A stretch of DNA of 64,000 bases from positions 2,852,001 through 2,916,000 of the forward strand of contig CM074808.1 in NCBI GenBank assembly GCA_037447605.1, written 5' to 3'. The position numbers and the translations under genes are program-made. Numbering within the stretch: the stretch's first letter is position 1; each line of letters opens with the position of its first letter. This DNA comes from Zygnema circumcarinatum SAG 698-1b. Lineage: Eukaryota; Plantae; Zygnematophyceae. The notes beneath the pieces were generated by a model, which worked only from the letters and a program-made list of their open reading frames with translations, searched no databases and had not been told where the DNA came from. Positions 24,370 to 43,000 of the stretch are shown here, one piece after another.

Positions 24370-27091
24370 ATGGATGTTCCAAGTTTTTCACGAGCTAAAG
24401 TTAGTCTGGCAGGCGGCAACTGGGAGAATGACGTTGGTCGATGCCCTGTCTGTTTGGAAGTGGTTGCTGATGAGGCATACACCGATAGCTGCAAGCGTAA
24501 GCCTTCAGCATACTGTATCTGGAAGTCGTTGCGATGTATTTGTCGCAATTCTTAAAGAGGAGAGGTTCCAAACTGGAAGTTTTCATTTCTGCACAAACTC
24601 GAGAAAGCTTTCGAAATGCAGTGCTCAAACTGACGATAGGTTTGAAGCCAATTTATTTGATCGTCTGTGAATGTATTTCAAGTTCATGACCTGCATGGAC
24701 TTCAATATTTTGGCTTTGCAGACCGATTTTGCTTCGCATGCATCCTCCAATGGTCGGAGTACGAAGCCAGTAAAGCAGAGGCGGCGGCAGGAAGCAAGCG
24801 AAAGCTAGAAGGGGCTGCTTGTCCACTATGCAAAGTACGCAAATCAGTACGCTCAATTGTATTCTATAGCAGTTTTCTGGTGCCATTCTTTGTCCTAGTA
24901 ATCAACTCTTTTCTTTTTCTAAGTTGAATTAAGTCATCCTTGAACTTCTATCACAGCAAAATTCCCGAGGGCGCACTGCTCTCTATGTATCTGATGCGTG
25001 CTGTAGCTATTGAGGTTTAAGGTGCCAAACTTAAACAAGTGGAGACTGGAAGTTGTGTTTTGATAACACTACCTCCTTGTCGTTCCTTACAACCTTGGTC
25101 AGAATTGTTAAAGGGGATTCTATTCGTGGCTTGTATAGACTCTCTTCACTTGCGTTATTCACGACTTTTCAAATGGCGATTCGATGCGGCATTACTTGAC
25201 CGCAGAGGGAAGCAGGTATTATTTCAGCAATCCCTTAATAACAAGTTATCAGCCAGTCATGCCCATATCGGAACTTGTTGATTCAAACTCACTTAATCTC
25301 CTGTTCACTGTCATTGCCTAGTTGTTGCGAATGAGTAGGAGTTGCTCTTTCTCAACATTGTAAAAGCCACTGTCCAATAATCTCTCAGCCTTTTCCGTGC
25401 AAGTGTAGAGACGAATCTTGTACTACTTTCAGTAAACAAGAAAAACGACTTCTAAATGTGCATAGCGGTCTGTCTTTGAAACCACCATAACTATAGTGTG
25501 TTTGTTTTTCATACAGTGATCGGCCATACCAGTTATCAGAAGCTCATAGGCGACGACGAGCTATATATTTCCAGCGAAACGGTGAGTGTGGTGTTTTCTT
25601 GGGGAGTATGCGTACCAGAAGCTTCCTTTTGTTGAAAATCAGGCATCTAGATGTGAAAAGTGAAAGGGACAAAGCCAAATCTAACTAAACAAGTGATAAA
25701 ATTGAGAAGAGGGATTCCAGCCATTAAATCTGAGAATCTACTATTGCAAGTTGTAATCCTTCGCTCGCTTGTGAATGCGCATGGGAGCTGTAACTGTGAA
25801 CTACATATTGAACCTGCATAGCAGCAGATGGGAGGCTGCAGCAGGGTGAAACATCGAGCTCTATGGGAATGCCAAATACTGCAAATGCAGCCGCACGAAA
25901 GAGAAGGATGGAGGACACATACCGATGGGTTACGAGGGAGCTGCAAGCACTCATGCAGGTTCGAAGATAACAGTTGCTAAAGGGTTCAGTAGTGATAAAC
26001 CAGTCTTTAGAGAGATATTGAACATTTGTATTTCAAAACTGAAGCTGGTTCGGCAGTGAGTATTGTGTTTTTTTCTGCTTATTTACTTTGTTCTTGCATT
26101 GGTGTTGGGGCGTGATGAAAGTTGCTTTTTGTGGCAGGAGGAAGATGTTGAATTAATTGTTCAGCATGTATTGGGGATACTGGAGGCGTTTGAGCGCCCA
26201 AAAAGGTGAGTGGAAGTCGAAAAGGAAATTTAAGCAATGTGATAACTGAACGCCATGTATGGATTCACCGAATCTTGTTTTGAAGCCAGGTTATCAACGA
26301 TCTTTGAAACAGGGCTGAAAAATGGTTCTGTTGGAAGTGAGAGGACAACTTTGGAGATATCATCGTCTATTATTGCGTGTACTTCTGTTACTGCAAGGGC
26401 CATGCTGGCTTAATCTATACTTGTCAGAATTGTATGAAGAAAATGTCGCAATTAACACATCATTGAAGACTTGTACAGCCATTTGCGATTTTAGTTCCAC
26501 AACAAACTGGTTTCCCTTGCATCAGCAGGGCATGAATGGATCTCAATATGGCATTCTTGCGATTCATGCGCACTGTGTCCTTTTATTTCTTGCGAGCTAC
26601 TTCGCACCACTCACAGTTTGAAATTAAAGACTACGAAGGACAGCAGTGTCCTTACACGTGATTGCACCTTTGCCGCTTCCACATGCAGACAAAGACGAGA
26701 CGAGAAGATATTGTCGAGCGAGCGCAGCTGGAAGCTGGTTATAGCAGAAGCAGTTGGGCCGTTTGTTTTTGAACATTCAAAGAAGTTTGCAGAAGAGTTA
26801 AGCAAGTTCATCCATGGTGGAGAGACATCAGTACAAATTGATGTGAATAGGGAAAATTCAGATAACGTGAGGGGAGTAGGCAGTCTTTCACATCATTACT
26901 TGGGTGCATATGAACAAACAGAAGAGAGAAGAGAACCTGCATATATGGGACCTGTTACTGTTACAGAGAGGAATGGAAAGGAGCAGGAAGGGGGCACATG
27001 GCAGCAGGATCAATGGCAGCAGGACGATGAAGAAAGAAGTGAGGAAGATGGAGGAAGGTGGGACTCAGAGACTCTGGACTCCGACTGGTGA
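24370..27091 (+). CDS. C3HC4 RING E3 ligase, TOPORS-like
   Basis: CPVCLEVVADEAYTDSCKH/RFCFACILQW...CPLCK; WVTRELQALMQ/EEDVELIVQHVLGIL; AVGPFVFEHSKKFAEELSKF (TOPORS PWI-like region). Confidence 0.85.
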
Positions 27092-27744
27092 TAGAAATAC
27101 TCCTAGAGGTGGAGGTATTGATTGCCATAATGCTGGCCCCTGAACACGAGTATTGTTAAAAGCTTGCTGAAGTTGGGATGAAGTTCAAGCTGCATCTCGT
27201 ATAGGCGCCGGACAACTATTTGCATACCTGTTTGGACTTTTTAAATGAGGTCGCTTCTGAGTTCGTGAGACTCTTCTTGGAGCTGCCGATGGTAAAAGGG
27301 AAGCGGTCTCAGCTGCAAGGCTGCACGCGTGGCAGCTTTTGACTGCGGTAGTTGAAGACTCTCCATGTGCCAAGTGGGCAAAGGTATGCAACAATGTGTT
27401 TGATGTAGATTAGATATGCAGCAGGCCCTGACAGGATCTTATCTTTTGCGAGTTTAGTGGAGGAACTCTTTTCATTCAGATAGAGGTTTATTGCCCTCCC
27501 TTGTTTTACAACTTTCCCCCGTCTAGTGCCTACAGGACTGTCTAGAGTTGACTGGCTGCTCGCTGATGCAGGTCAATTGCTAACTCTGTGCCCCGGAACA
27601 TTTTCCATTCTGGAACAAGAATTTGCCAGAAGCGACTCCCTTCGTCCATCCTATTTCTCTCGCCAGGCTCTCTGTTCTTCCAACAGACCATATAAAATCC
27701 AACTGCCAGACATTTCGGGAGACCGAGTGGCTATTTTGAACATG

Positions 27745-28026
27745 CTTCTTCTTCTCCTTCTCTCCCTCCCTCCTCTCATTTCCCCCGTTCCTGGTCTCTC
27801 TCACTCCCTCACACTCTCCCGCTCTCTCCCTTCGCCTCCCTCGTGCTTTCAATTTCTAAACCTCTCTCCCCGTCCTCCCTTTTCACTCACCTTCTCTCTC
27901 TCCTCTCTCTCTCACACACTATCCTCCCTCACTCCCTCCCGCCGGTTCCCGCTTTTCCTCACTGTCCCCCTCTCCCTCTCCCTCTCCTCCCCTCTCTCCC
28001 TCCCCTCTCCCCCCCCCTCTCTCTCT
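27745..28026. repeat. Low-complexity C/T-rich tract
   Basis: About 280 bp of nearly pure pyrimidines ending ~20 nt before a CAG acceptor at 28047-28049. Confidence 0.85.
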
Positions 28027-28049
28027 GGAACCCGAGCCTTTTGACACAG

Positions 28050-28197
28050 GAGGTACGGAATTTTCCGGTTTTCTGAGCCTGAGGGCAGAACTGCCACCTC
28101 CGCGGGTGGCGAGGGGGCTCTCTACGAGCACTCCGCACGCGTGCTCCTGAACCCTAATTTCAACTTTGACATCGTGGACCATCTGCGGGAGCTTTGA
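28050..28197 (+). pseudogene. Orphan terminal exon of an AMSH/STAMBP-like JAMM deubiquitinase, internally deleted
   Basis: Not in the ORF track. After CAG| it reads RYGIFRFSEPEGRTATSAGGEGALYEHSARVLLNPNFNFDIVDHLREL*, resembling the AMSH C-terminus (GIF.LS.P.G ... YEH.S.V.LN....F...DLR) but lacking the C...GFHPH segment. No upstream JAMM exons were found. Confidence 0.6.
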
Positions 28198-28804
28198 TGT
28201 CGCTGCGCTGTGAAAGTTAAACGGCGACACCGTTGCAACCCCATGTCTCAGGCGGCTCAAGAAGAAACAGCACTTTTCATGTAGAAATAGTGAAGTCGAG
28301 TATCCAGTTTTACTTTGTATTGAAATGTTTAGTCATGTGCGCGGCGAGTTGACCTGGCAAGTGCAGCATTTGCATCACTTTGGTTTTCATAGGAAATTGG
28401 TCTTCTTTTTTCGTTGTCTCCTGCCCCCCCTTCCGCCAGTTTTTTTTTCTCTTTCTTTGTTTTTGTTATGCAACGTCTGAGAATCGCGATGTAATTTTCT
28501 CGAAAAGTACCCCTCGCTCCTGCCTTCTTCGCCCTCCTATGATTCCTATCGTCGTCTCAACCCTACGACCCTAAAAAAAAAAAAAATCCCCCGAAATCCC
28601 CCTAAAACCCTCAAAACCCTGAGGCACTGCTTTCCCCGTACGGTCGGCAGCACGCACTCACTGGCTGGCCCCTTAAGCGGCGGTGGACTAGGACATTGGC
28701 CAATCGGCTTCTGAACTCAACGTGCCCGTCTGGGTTTCGGGTTTTGACCGTTGAGATAGGTCACGTGTAACCGTACGAACTGCCACGTGGCGTTGTAGGA
28801 CTTT

Positions 28805-29576
28805 TACCGTCGGATGCGCCACGTAGACTTCTGCGAGGAATACCGTTGGATGTGCCACGTGGACTTCTGCGAAAGGTACCGTCGGATGTACCACGTGGAC
28901 CTCTGGGAAAGGTACCGTTGGATCTGCCACGTAGACTTATGCAAGGAGTACCGTTGGATGCGCCACGTGGACTTCTGTGAGGGGTACAGTCGGATGTGCC
29001 ACGTGAACTTCTGCGAGGAGTACCGTTGGATATGCCACGTGGACTTTTGTAAGGTGAACCGTCGGATGTGCCACGTATACTTCTGCGAAGCATACCGTCG
29101 GATTTGCCACGTCGGCATCTGCGAGATGTACCGTTAGATGTGCCACGTAAAATTATGCAAGGAGTACCGTTGGATTTGCCACGTGTACTTCTGTGATGGG
29201 TACCGTTGGATGTGCCAATTGACATCTCCGAGGGCTCCCGTTGGATGTGACACGTGGACTTCTCCAATGGTACCGTCGGATGTACCACGTGGACTTCTGC
29301 GAGGGGTGCCGTTGGATTTGCCACGTGGGCTTCTGCAAGGAATACCGTTGGATGTGCCAAGAAGCGACCCCATAGGCTTGCGCTTTCGCGTGCGAAAGGT
29401 ACCGTTGGATGTGACACGTGGACTTTTGCAAAGAGTACCATTGGATATGCCACGTGGATTTCTGCGAGGGATACCGTTGGATGTGACACGTGGACTTTTA
29501 CGAAGAGCACCGTCGGATGTGCCATGTGGACTTCTGCGAGGGATACCGTTGGATGTACACGTGGACTCCTGCGAGG
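28805..29576. repeat. Tandem array of 21 diverged 36-bp units, consensus TACCGTTGGATGTGCCACGTGGACTTCTGCGAGGRG
   Basis: Unit starts 28805, 28841, 28877 ... 29201, 29236, 29271, 29307, 29343, 29400, 29436, 29472, 29508, 29544; degenerate units at 28746-28804. Confidence 0.95.
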
Positions 29577-30312
29577 TATGCTTGGCATGGCATGGCATGG
29601 CTCTGCGCGTCGGAGTCCAACGAGACCACCGCCTTGTCCTTGCCCAGAAGGTCTCGCAGGGGATGATGGAATGCATTCGAGGGAACAATCCAATGAAAGG
29701 ACTGCTCCGGCTCGTCGTGGTTCTTCATGGTGTTGCTTTTGGCCATGGAACTTTCTTGTATGGCATCGCCAGAGTGAGATCAGTGCCCTTTCATCACTTG
29801 ATACTCTCATGCCATCAGCCAATGCATGGCCATGTCAAGGGTCCACCGATGGAGCTATGATAGCGAAGGCCTGCTCAGGTGATGAATAAGATTGTGGGGC
29901 GACTTTGTGGAACTCTATCCTCAAGACGAGAAAGGTTGCAGCGTACAAACTGACTCTGGCACGCCTTACAAGAGCGAATGGGAGAAACTACAGGGAGTTG
30001 AACTTGTGATTAAATACAAAACAGCGGCCCTTCGATTCCATACAACCCCTTCACTAATGGAGGCGGCAACCAATCCTCAAAACTTGCTGGGTAAGCTCCA
30101 CAAGCATTTTTGTGGGCCGTATAAATAGGAGGGATCTGCCAGAAGAGTGAGCTCTTCATCTCCTACAGCCCCTATTACACCACTGCATCGCTTCCTATAG
30201 GATCTGGATAGGCCTTGATCTCTCCGTTCTTTAAGTAATCAAAAGGAAAAAGACCAAAAAAAAAACAAAGGATAAACCTAAAACCGTCCAAAAACGAGCT
30301 TCTCGTGCACTC

Positions 30313-36031
<5,719 letters not shown>

Positions 36032-36340
36032 GGCCTGGAACACAAGGGGGAGGAAGGAGACGGCGGAAACGGAGAGGGAGGGGAACCGCTCTCAGGGGAC
36101 GTGCGTTATCTTACGAGCGGACGGTTTTTGCTTGTGGAGGACGTGTTGGGGACACTTGAAGAATGAAGGATGTTGCTCCTCCATGAGTGTTGCTGCTCTG
36201 TAGCTGCCAGCTCATGAGGGGGCAGCTGCCAATGCCGCTTACCGAGTTTTAAATCTCAGGATTTATGTATCTTTCAGAGCAATCTGAAGTTGAACAGCGG
36301 ATGCATGGGCGGGAGCTGAAGGCTGTTCGGGTACGTGGCC

Positions 36341-39300
36341 ATGGCAGAATTGGACAGAAGTTCGAAGAAAGGTAGGGAGGCTAGGAAAGGAGAAGTTAAG
36401 GTATGGAGCTGGGGAGCTGGAAGCAATGGCCAATTAGGATTAGGAACTTTGGAAGATAGATATGCTCCTGTGGAAGTACACGCTCTGCGAGGAATGCCGC
36501 TGGACCATATCGCTTGTGGTGGGAGTCATGCACTAGCAACTAGAGGTGATTCCACCCACATGAAAGAAAGAAACTTTGAGGTATTGCATGAGGCTGTTGA
36601 AGCTCGGAAATTCGAGTTCCTTTAATGGAGTTGGGCTTCGTCTAGAAAGACTTCAGGGCGAGGCTTTGCTTTTCTCGATCAATGTTGAAGGTGAAATGTT
36701 TGACGTAGAAATTAGGATTTCTGTGATGGATAAAGAATCTGATAGCAACCAGTACAACAATCAATGTCGGGCTCACAAGTTTGCATTTCATAATCCTGTT
36801 AATCCTCCCTCGCTTTCTTCCGCTGCTGCAATTCATCTCTCACAGAAAAGAAGAAAAACAAAAGTCTCTGCCATACTTGAGAAGAGCGCTTAAAGTGAGC
36901 GTATTTGATGATTGCTAATCAAGGAGTTAATTGATTGGCAATTTAGGATTTGTCGGCCTGACATGTATATTATTTTGGACTGTCACCAATCTCAAGTTTA
37001 TTCGGTGCTGGAAGTGGCTGGTCTCTCGTCATTTTCTTGCATTGCGAAACAGCATACTATACTACCCTTCAAGATTTGGTGTTGCATTCGCTCTTATTGA
37101 GTGCATGTAGAGAGTTTTCAGCTGTGGAAGTGAACTCATGTCTACTTGTGGAAGTTGACGTTGTCTTATCATCGTCTTCCGCACAGATTTTTTCATCCCA
37201 CCACCATCCTTGGCATTATCACCTCAATAGAAGTTAAATATCTAAACATCTTCCTGGTTTTTGCAGAGGATGGCGCCGTACTGTCGTGGGGTTGGGGCCA
37301 TGGAGGGGCTCTTGGCCATGGAGATGAAATGTCCTCAGCAGTGCCAAGGCCTATAATGGCGCTGAGGTGCGTCCGAATACGTCAAGCAGCAGCTGGATGG
37401 AATCACTCCATCTTTGTGTCTGGTAATTTGGAGTGCCTGTTCAAAAGTTCCAGTGAGACATTGAAAGGAAGTAGAGTTAAGGTACTGTCCATCAATCTTG
37501 GCAAGGCTGGTGGTTAGTATGGAAATCCTTTTGCATTTGTTGCAAAAGAACGTTAGAGATGCTCCCGATGATTGCTAGTGCTTCTATCGATCCTTGCGTG
37601 GTGTGAATCTCTAAGGAGCGAGAATGCCGTTTCTAATGTGGTTCTGCAGACATTGGAGGTGTATACGCGAGTGGTGAAGGTGCATTTGGGCAGTTGGGAC
37701 TTGGGGACTTCTGCAACCGGTGTTCCCCCTGCCACGTGGCAGCCTTAGAAGGCGTCCATGTGTCAGCCGTAGCTTGCGGCATGCGCCACACGTTAGCCCT
37801 GGCAAAAGGTGAGGGGTATTTTGTCAAGGCTAGGTCTTCCCCCTCCTTTGAGCTTGAATGGGCCTTCAGAATAAGCCCAACTTTTGTACCTTTTCATTTC
37901 ATTGTTTTTGGGATGCCGGGAACTTAGCAATGGTAGAGAAGATGGCATTTCTTTCTGATCCATCTCCTGTTGTCCTGACAGAGGATGATGGCAGAACTGC
38001 TGTGTTCTCGTGGGGAGCCGGAAAGAGGGGGCAGCTGGCAGTGGAGGTTTCTACCTTAGTTGCTACCAAAGGGCAGATTTCGAGAATTTCAGCCCCACAG
38101 AGAGTTTCGCTTTTGGATGGAGTCTGTGTCGCCGCAGTGGTGGCAGGGGGCGATCACAGCGCTGCCATCACAGGTGACAGGTGGCAGCTCATTACGCCAA
38201 GTTGTGTGACATTTGTGCGACGAGGATTAAAAAAACACCAAATATGGATGTCAATTACTTTTTGCCTAGCGACTCTTCAGACTGTTTGAATAGTCTGGTT
38301 GTTAGACGATGGTAAATGAACGATTTCTCAAGTGATCTATGTCAATCCTCATGGTGGGATTGATCACATTATGTACGATGGGATGTTGTAAAACCTTGTG
38401 CAGAGAGTGGGCAACTTTTCCTTTGGGGCAGAGGGTTTGCGGGTGGGGCTGACATTCTGTCACCGACTGTTGCGTCGAAGTCGCTGAAGTGCCGCCAAGT
38501 GGCACTTGGATGGAGCCATGGTTTGCTGCTTACAGGTCAGCCATGGTTGCCTTCTTCACGATTCTCAATCATTTAGATACTTAGTGTGCTCGCCAGTGCT
38601 TCAGACCCGTATGATGAAAAAGCTCAGTTACTGCTGTATGGGCTGCTCGATGTGCGCTTGATGATGCGGTCGAAGTGGAAGTGCTTAAAGCACAAATTAG
38701 GATTTTCTTGTTCGTTTCTTTGTTGTGGTCGTAAAGCAGGGGCCGGAGCTGGGTTCTCTCTACTTCTCTACAGACCCTACTGCAAACCCAAGTCTGTTTA
38801 TCATCTTCATCAGCAATTCTGCCATTCACACTCACTGTGCTTCGAACCGCTTGCTTTGCAGGAGGAGGCAAAGTTATGACTTGGGGAAGCAATCGATACG
38901 GACAGCTCGGGAGAAATCCCAACGAAGTCAAATTTCAGAATGTTTCAATGGAGTCCGATCATGGAACTGCACTGCAAGAGGTGGCGGAAACGACTGCAGT
39001 CGATCAAATTGTCACATCATCATTAGTCGACGAAGTAAGGACGGAAGCAGGGGCGTGGCCTGAAGTAGACCTTCGCCTCCTTTCTGTGGAAGCTCTGCTG
39101 GGAAGCTGTGTGGCATCTGTTGCTGCAGGAGCTGAGCATTCTATTGCGGTTCTTGGTATGTATTCCCGGAACATCTCTCTCGTCCAAGTCTCACCTTCCA
39201 TCCACACATGCATGTCTGTCTGTCGGCCTCTGTCTGTCTGTCCCCTTTCCCATGAATCCCATATGTCGTTCACGTACCTGTGTGTCATACCCTGCATGTT

Positions 39301-39619
39301 AGCTTTCGTGGGTCTTGAACAATCATTACAAGGAAACAGGGCGAATGCAGAACCCTTCCCCTCCCGTCCCTCCTTCAGTGATTGGGTCTATGAGAAGTGT
39401 CACAATAAAATGATGATGTTTTTTGCTGCAGAGGGCGGAGAGGTGCTGTCGTGGGGCTGGGGCGAGCACGGCCAGCTCGGCACTGGGGACTCCGAGGACC
39501 GGGGGACCCCGCAGCAGGTCCCGGTCCCTCTGCCGTCTCCTGCTGACATGGCAGCCGCTCAGAAAGGGATAAAAGTTGCATGTGGGAGTGGCTTTTGTGT
39601 CTTGTGGGGACGAGAGTGA
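36341..39619 (+). CDS. RCC1-repeat beta-propeller protein (UVR8/RCC1 superfamily, not UVR8 itself)
   Basis: Repeated VWSWGAGSNGQLGLG...IACGGSHALA, SWGWGHGGALGHG...AAGWNHS, VACGMRHTLA, AGGDHSAA, WGSNRYGQLG, WGWGEHGQLGTG...ACGSGF. Confidence 0.9.
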
Positions 39620-40048
39620 GGCCAGAAGGCGCCTTCCTTGCCTCTCTCTTTCTTTTTTTTTTTTTACTCTCTATATTGTGATGCGTAAAGTTACAGAAAC
39701 TTGCGGCGGTGGATTTGTGTTTGCCCTACAGGTCGCAGCTGTCTAAATGGCACTGCAGCTGCACATAGAATAAATAGGCTACAAACTACCTTTGTCATTG
39801 TGTACATACGAAAGTTACACGTAAATGGTTACCCTATTTATTTGGGAGACAATTCTCTTCCTTTCCAAAAAGAAAGAGAGGGAAAAATACCCATCTATTA
39901 GGTCTCCTGTGATGCGCCTGTTATATACACCACTCCCCATCATACCCTTTGTTCAAATCATAAGCAAGATCATGATTACCTTTTGAGGAAAAAAAATTGA
40001 AGAAATCAACGCCACACATGTATGTAGCAGACATAAGTGTGCCTCGTT

Positions 40049-43000
40049 CTAGGCCTCCGCTGTGCTCTTAAGCGGAACCGAGGCAGTCGCGTGTTGAAGC
40101 TCGGAGAGTTCGTTGAGGTCCAATGGCTGCTCCACCTGCAACAACATCGAGTTTTTCCATATTCAAAAAGTGGTCCCTCTCTCTCTCTTTGTCTCTCTCC
40201 TCCCCCCCTCTCCCCCTCCCCCGCTTTCTTCATAAGAGCTTTGAGGCGAAGTTATGGATGCTTGGCTTTCTGCTCTGTAAGGCAAGTTCATTAGATACGG
40301 TAACTGACAAAGCCTGCCGGAAAACCTCCGGGTGGGACCCACCTGGAGCAGCTCCCCCACAGTGAACTCGAGCTCCTCCGTCTCCTCCATCAGGGCCTTC
40401 ATGCTGCTCAGAAAGGAACATGAGCGTAAGGGAAGGGAGTCCAAACATCATGTTGAGGGGCTCTAAGGAAAATGTCGTGTCGTCAATTCAAGGGCCGCTT
40501 AGGGTTGTCTGCAACTGTTTCCGTACCTGAAGACGAGCGAATTGAATGACAGGACAACGACATTGTTAACGATTGCAGTTTCAGGATGCTCCCGTTTGTC
40601 GCGTATCAGCACTGCGAGTAGCTCCTCGTATCTGCCTCCCTCCGGCCCACCCACATACACACCAGGAGATGAGGTTAACAAAGGCAGTCAGTACACTCAC
40701 ACTTGGTACCGCACACATTACCATTTCGTTTAAGTACAGAACGGGATCCATGCGTCTCACAGTCAGACCTTTTGCCTACTTATGGAGCAGACACCTACAA
40801 GCTTGAAAAAGCTTGTAAATTCAAGGATACGATTGAAGATAGTAGTGAAGCACTTGAGACTCAGTACTCATAACTAGTGATTCCGCTCACATACCTGTGC
40901 ACAAAATCTTGAAGCGCAGATGTACTATCCGACAAGTCTTGAACATTAGGTGGATCCAAACCGTCGAAATTGCGCCACCTCGAGCTCAGTCGCAGCAGCG
41001 GGTGACTGTAGACTTCCTTTCTCCTCGAACCACTTTTTCCACGCAGTAGTGAAAATATTGTTTCTTGTTCAGCCAATGAGGCTGTATTGCTATGTGAATT
41101 GCCGCCCTCATCCTCTCTAATTTGCTCAAGATCTGGATCATGGGTTTGGTCGTTGCTGTCCTCGGCAGGCTTAGTACTCAGCTTTGGGATTTTGGAGTTC
41201 AGAGCATCAAGTATTACGTCAAGCGAGCCCAACACGCTACCTTCAAGGGCTTGGAGAGGTTCCCTGCCAATAGAACGTCCCACAGAAATAGGTGAGTTTC
41301 CACAAAAAAGGTAGATAATAATCACTGCGCACGAATGATGTCGAACTGGATCACGGACGATACTAGCAAGTAGAATTTTAACGTCTGTCGAAATTGTAAG
41401 CTGTGATGTAGTTGCGGACAGCACAGAGGTCACAGCTAATGAAGTAAGGAAAGGAAAGCTACTCGAAGTTGTTCCAATCGTTCTTCGGAATCGTTCTAAA
41501 TTTACTGCTTTTCCTTGGCTGCAAAACAAGATCTAGTCTACCAAAGTATGGATCTGGAAGCCCTGAACATACCTTAATGGTCCAAGCAGCCGACTCATTT
41601 GGTCATCGGACACGTCAGTAAGGGTTGCACGGAGACTGCAGTCCATGAAGTACTGAAAGAACATAAACCGAAGTGTTATCCAACGTGGGGCATAGGGCAT
41701 TCGGCAATTACAAGAAGTAAAAGTGAGTGTGAAGTGAGAGTGAGAGTGAGAGTTAGGGAGAGGCAGAGAGGGAAAGAGTGAGAGGAAGCGAGGGAGTTTC
41801 TACCAGCAATCGCAAGATGTGGCCCTGAGTTACCATTAGTCTGGTGTAGACCTGCACGATCAACCATCATGCACGTCAGAACATAACCTCCTAAACAAAG
41901 AAAAGAAGAAAAGTAGAAGACTACCAGACATCCTCAAACTAAAAAAAACCTTTCTGAATCCCTCTCATCCATTACGGAGCAAATAGTAGGGAAAGAATGG
42001 AAGAAACTCATGAATGAGACAACACGGCTTACTGCTCGAAAACGTAAAAAAGGCCTCTTCATTTAAACAAAGACCTCATCTGCCTTATCCTATTCTCGCA
42101 TTCCCTATATCAGACATTTTTTCAGTGACCAGAAGGACCGGTGAAATTGGTTTTTTTGCAGACCACCGCTAGCCTCAAACGATTAACCATAGGAAGAGAA
42201 CGATGGCGAAAAAAGGAGGTGGACCTGAATCTGATCAAAATACGACCATGTTGTAGTTATGTAGCGACCAGTACAAGTAGATGTTAGCCTACCACAGCGG
42301 GAAATGGAGGGTACCAGTAGTCCGGCTCAGCCAAAGCTTCGTTAGCTAAGACGTCCTGTACCCAACAGTGGACTTAAATTGACTGTTCAGTCCGCAAGTT
42401 CCCTCTTTCCACTCTCGCTCTCTCATTCTCTCTCTTCTTCTTATGATATCCCTAGTAAAAGAAATTGAAGCGAAAAAAAATGCTGTGAATTTAAACAACG
42501 GCATGCGGTGTAATGCAGGAGATGAGGTAGACAAATGCTGTTTTCTAAGCTGTACTGTAAAGTTGGTATACTGAAGCAGAGTGAAAGAAGCATTTTTCCC
42601 CAATGGGAAAAGACCCAAAAATGTGGGAGTGCGGTGCATGGAACGGCTGGAGGCAATGGCCATGATGGCAGTCCCACCTGGAGAGTGAGGCTGCGAGAAA
42701 TGTCGGATTCAAGTTTGACCACATCTTCCACCGCGTTTTTACGACACCTGCATGAATCACATGGAAGTTTACAGAGGAAGGTGGGGAGGAAGGAGAGACG
42801 GAGAGCGAGGACGAAAGAGCGAGGAAGAGAGGGCGAGTGAGGACAAGAATTAGGCTTCTCCGCATGTTCCACAGGGCACTCCATTCAACGAGAGAGTCCG
42901 GAGTTGAAAAAAAGGTACATGCCAGCTCCCCCGAATTCTATTGGACTTCATCCTTCAACCACCCGAATGTCTTCGCCAGTCGGTTTCAAGGCTTGTCCTC

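Noticed and set aside
28621-28691. Helitron 3' end (hairpin plus CTAG)
   Set aside because: The hairpin is weak and CTAG is followed by G rather than T.
28805-29576. CRISPR array
   Set aside because: The variable parts are only ~12 bp and clearly homologous to each other; there are no cas genes and the context is eukaryotic.
28688-29889. ORFs encoding repeats such as RWMCHVDFCEEY or HPTVLLAEVHVA
   Set aside because: A 36-bp unit gives open frames on both strands; 35-bp units shift the frame; no splice or start context.
36341-39619. UVR8 photoreceptor
   Set aside because: No repeated GWRHT tryptophan motifs and no C-terminal VP motif; a generic RCC1 protein.
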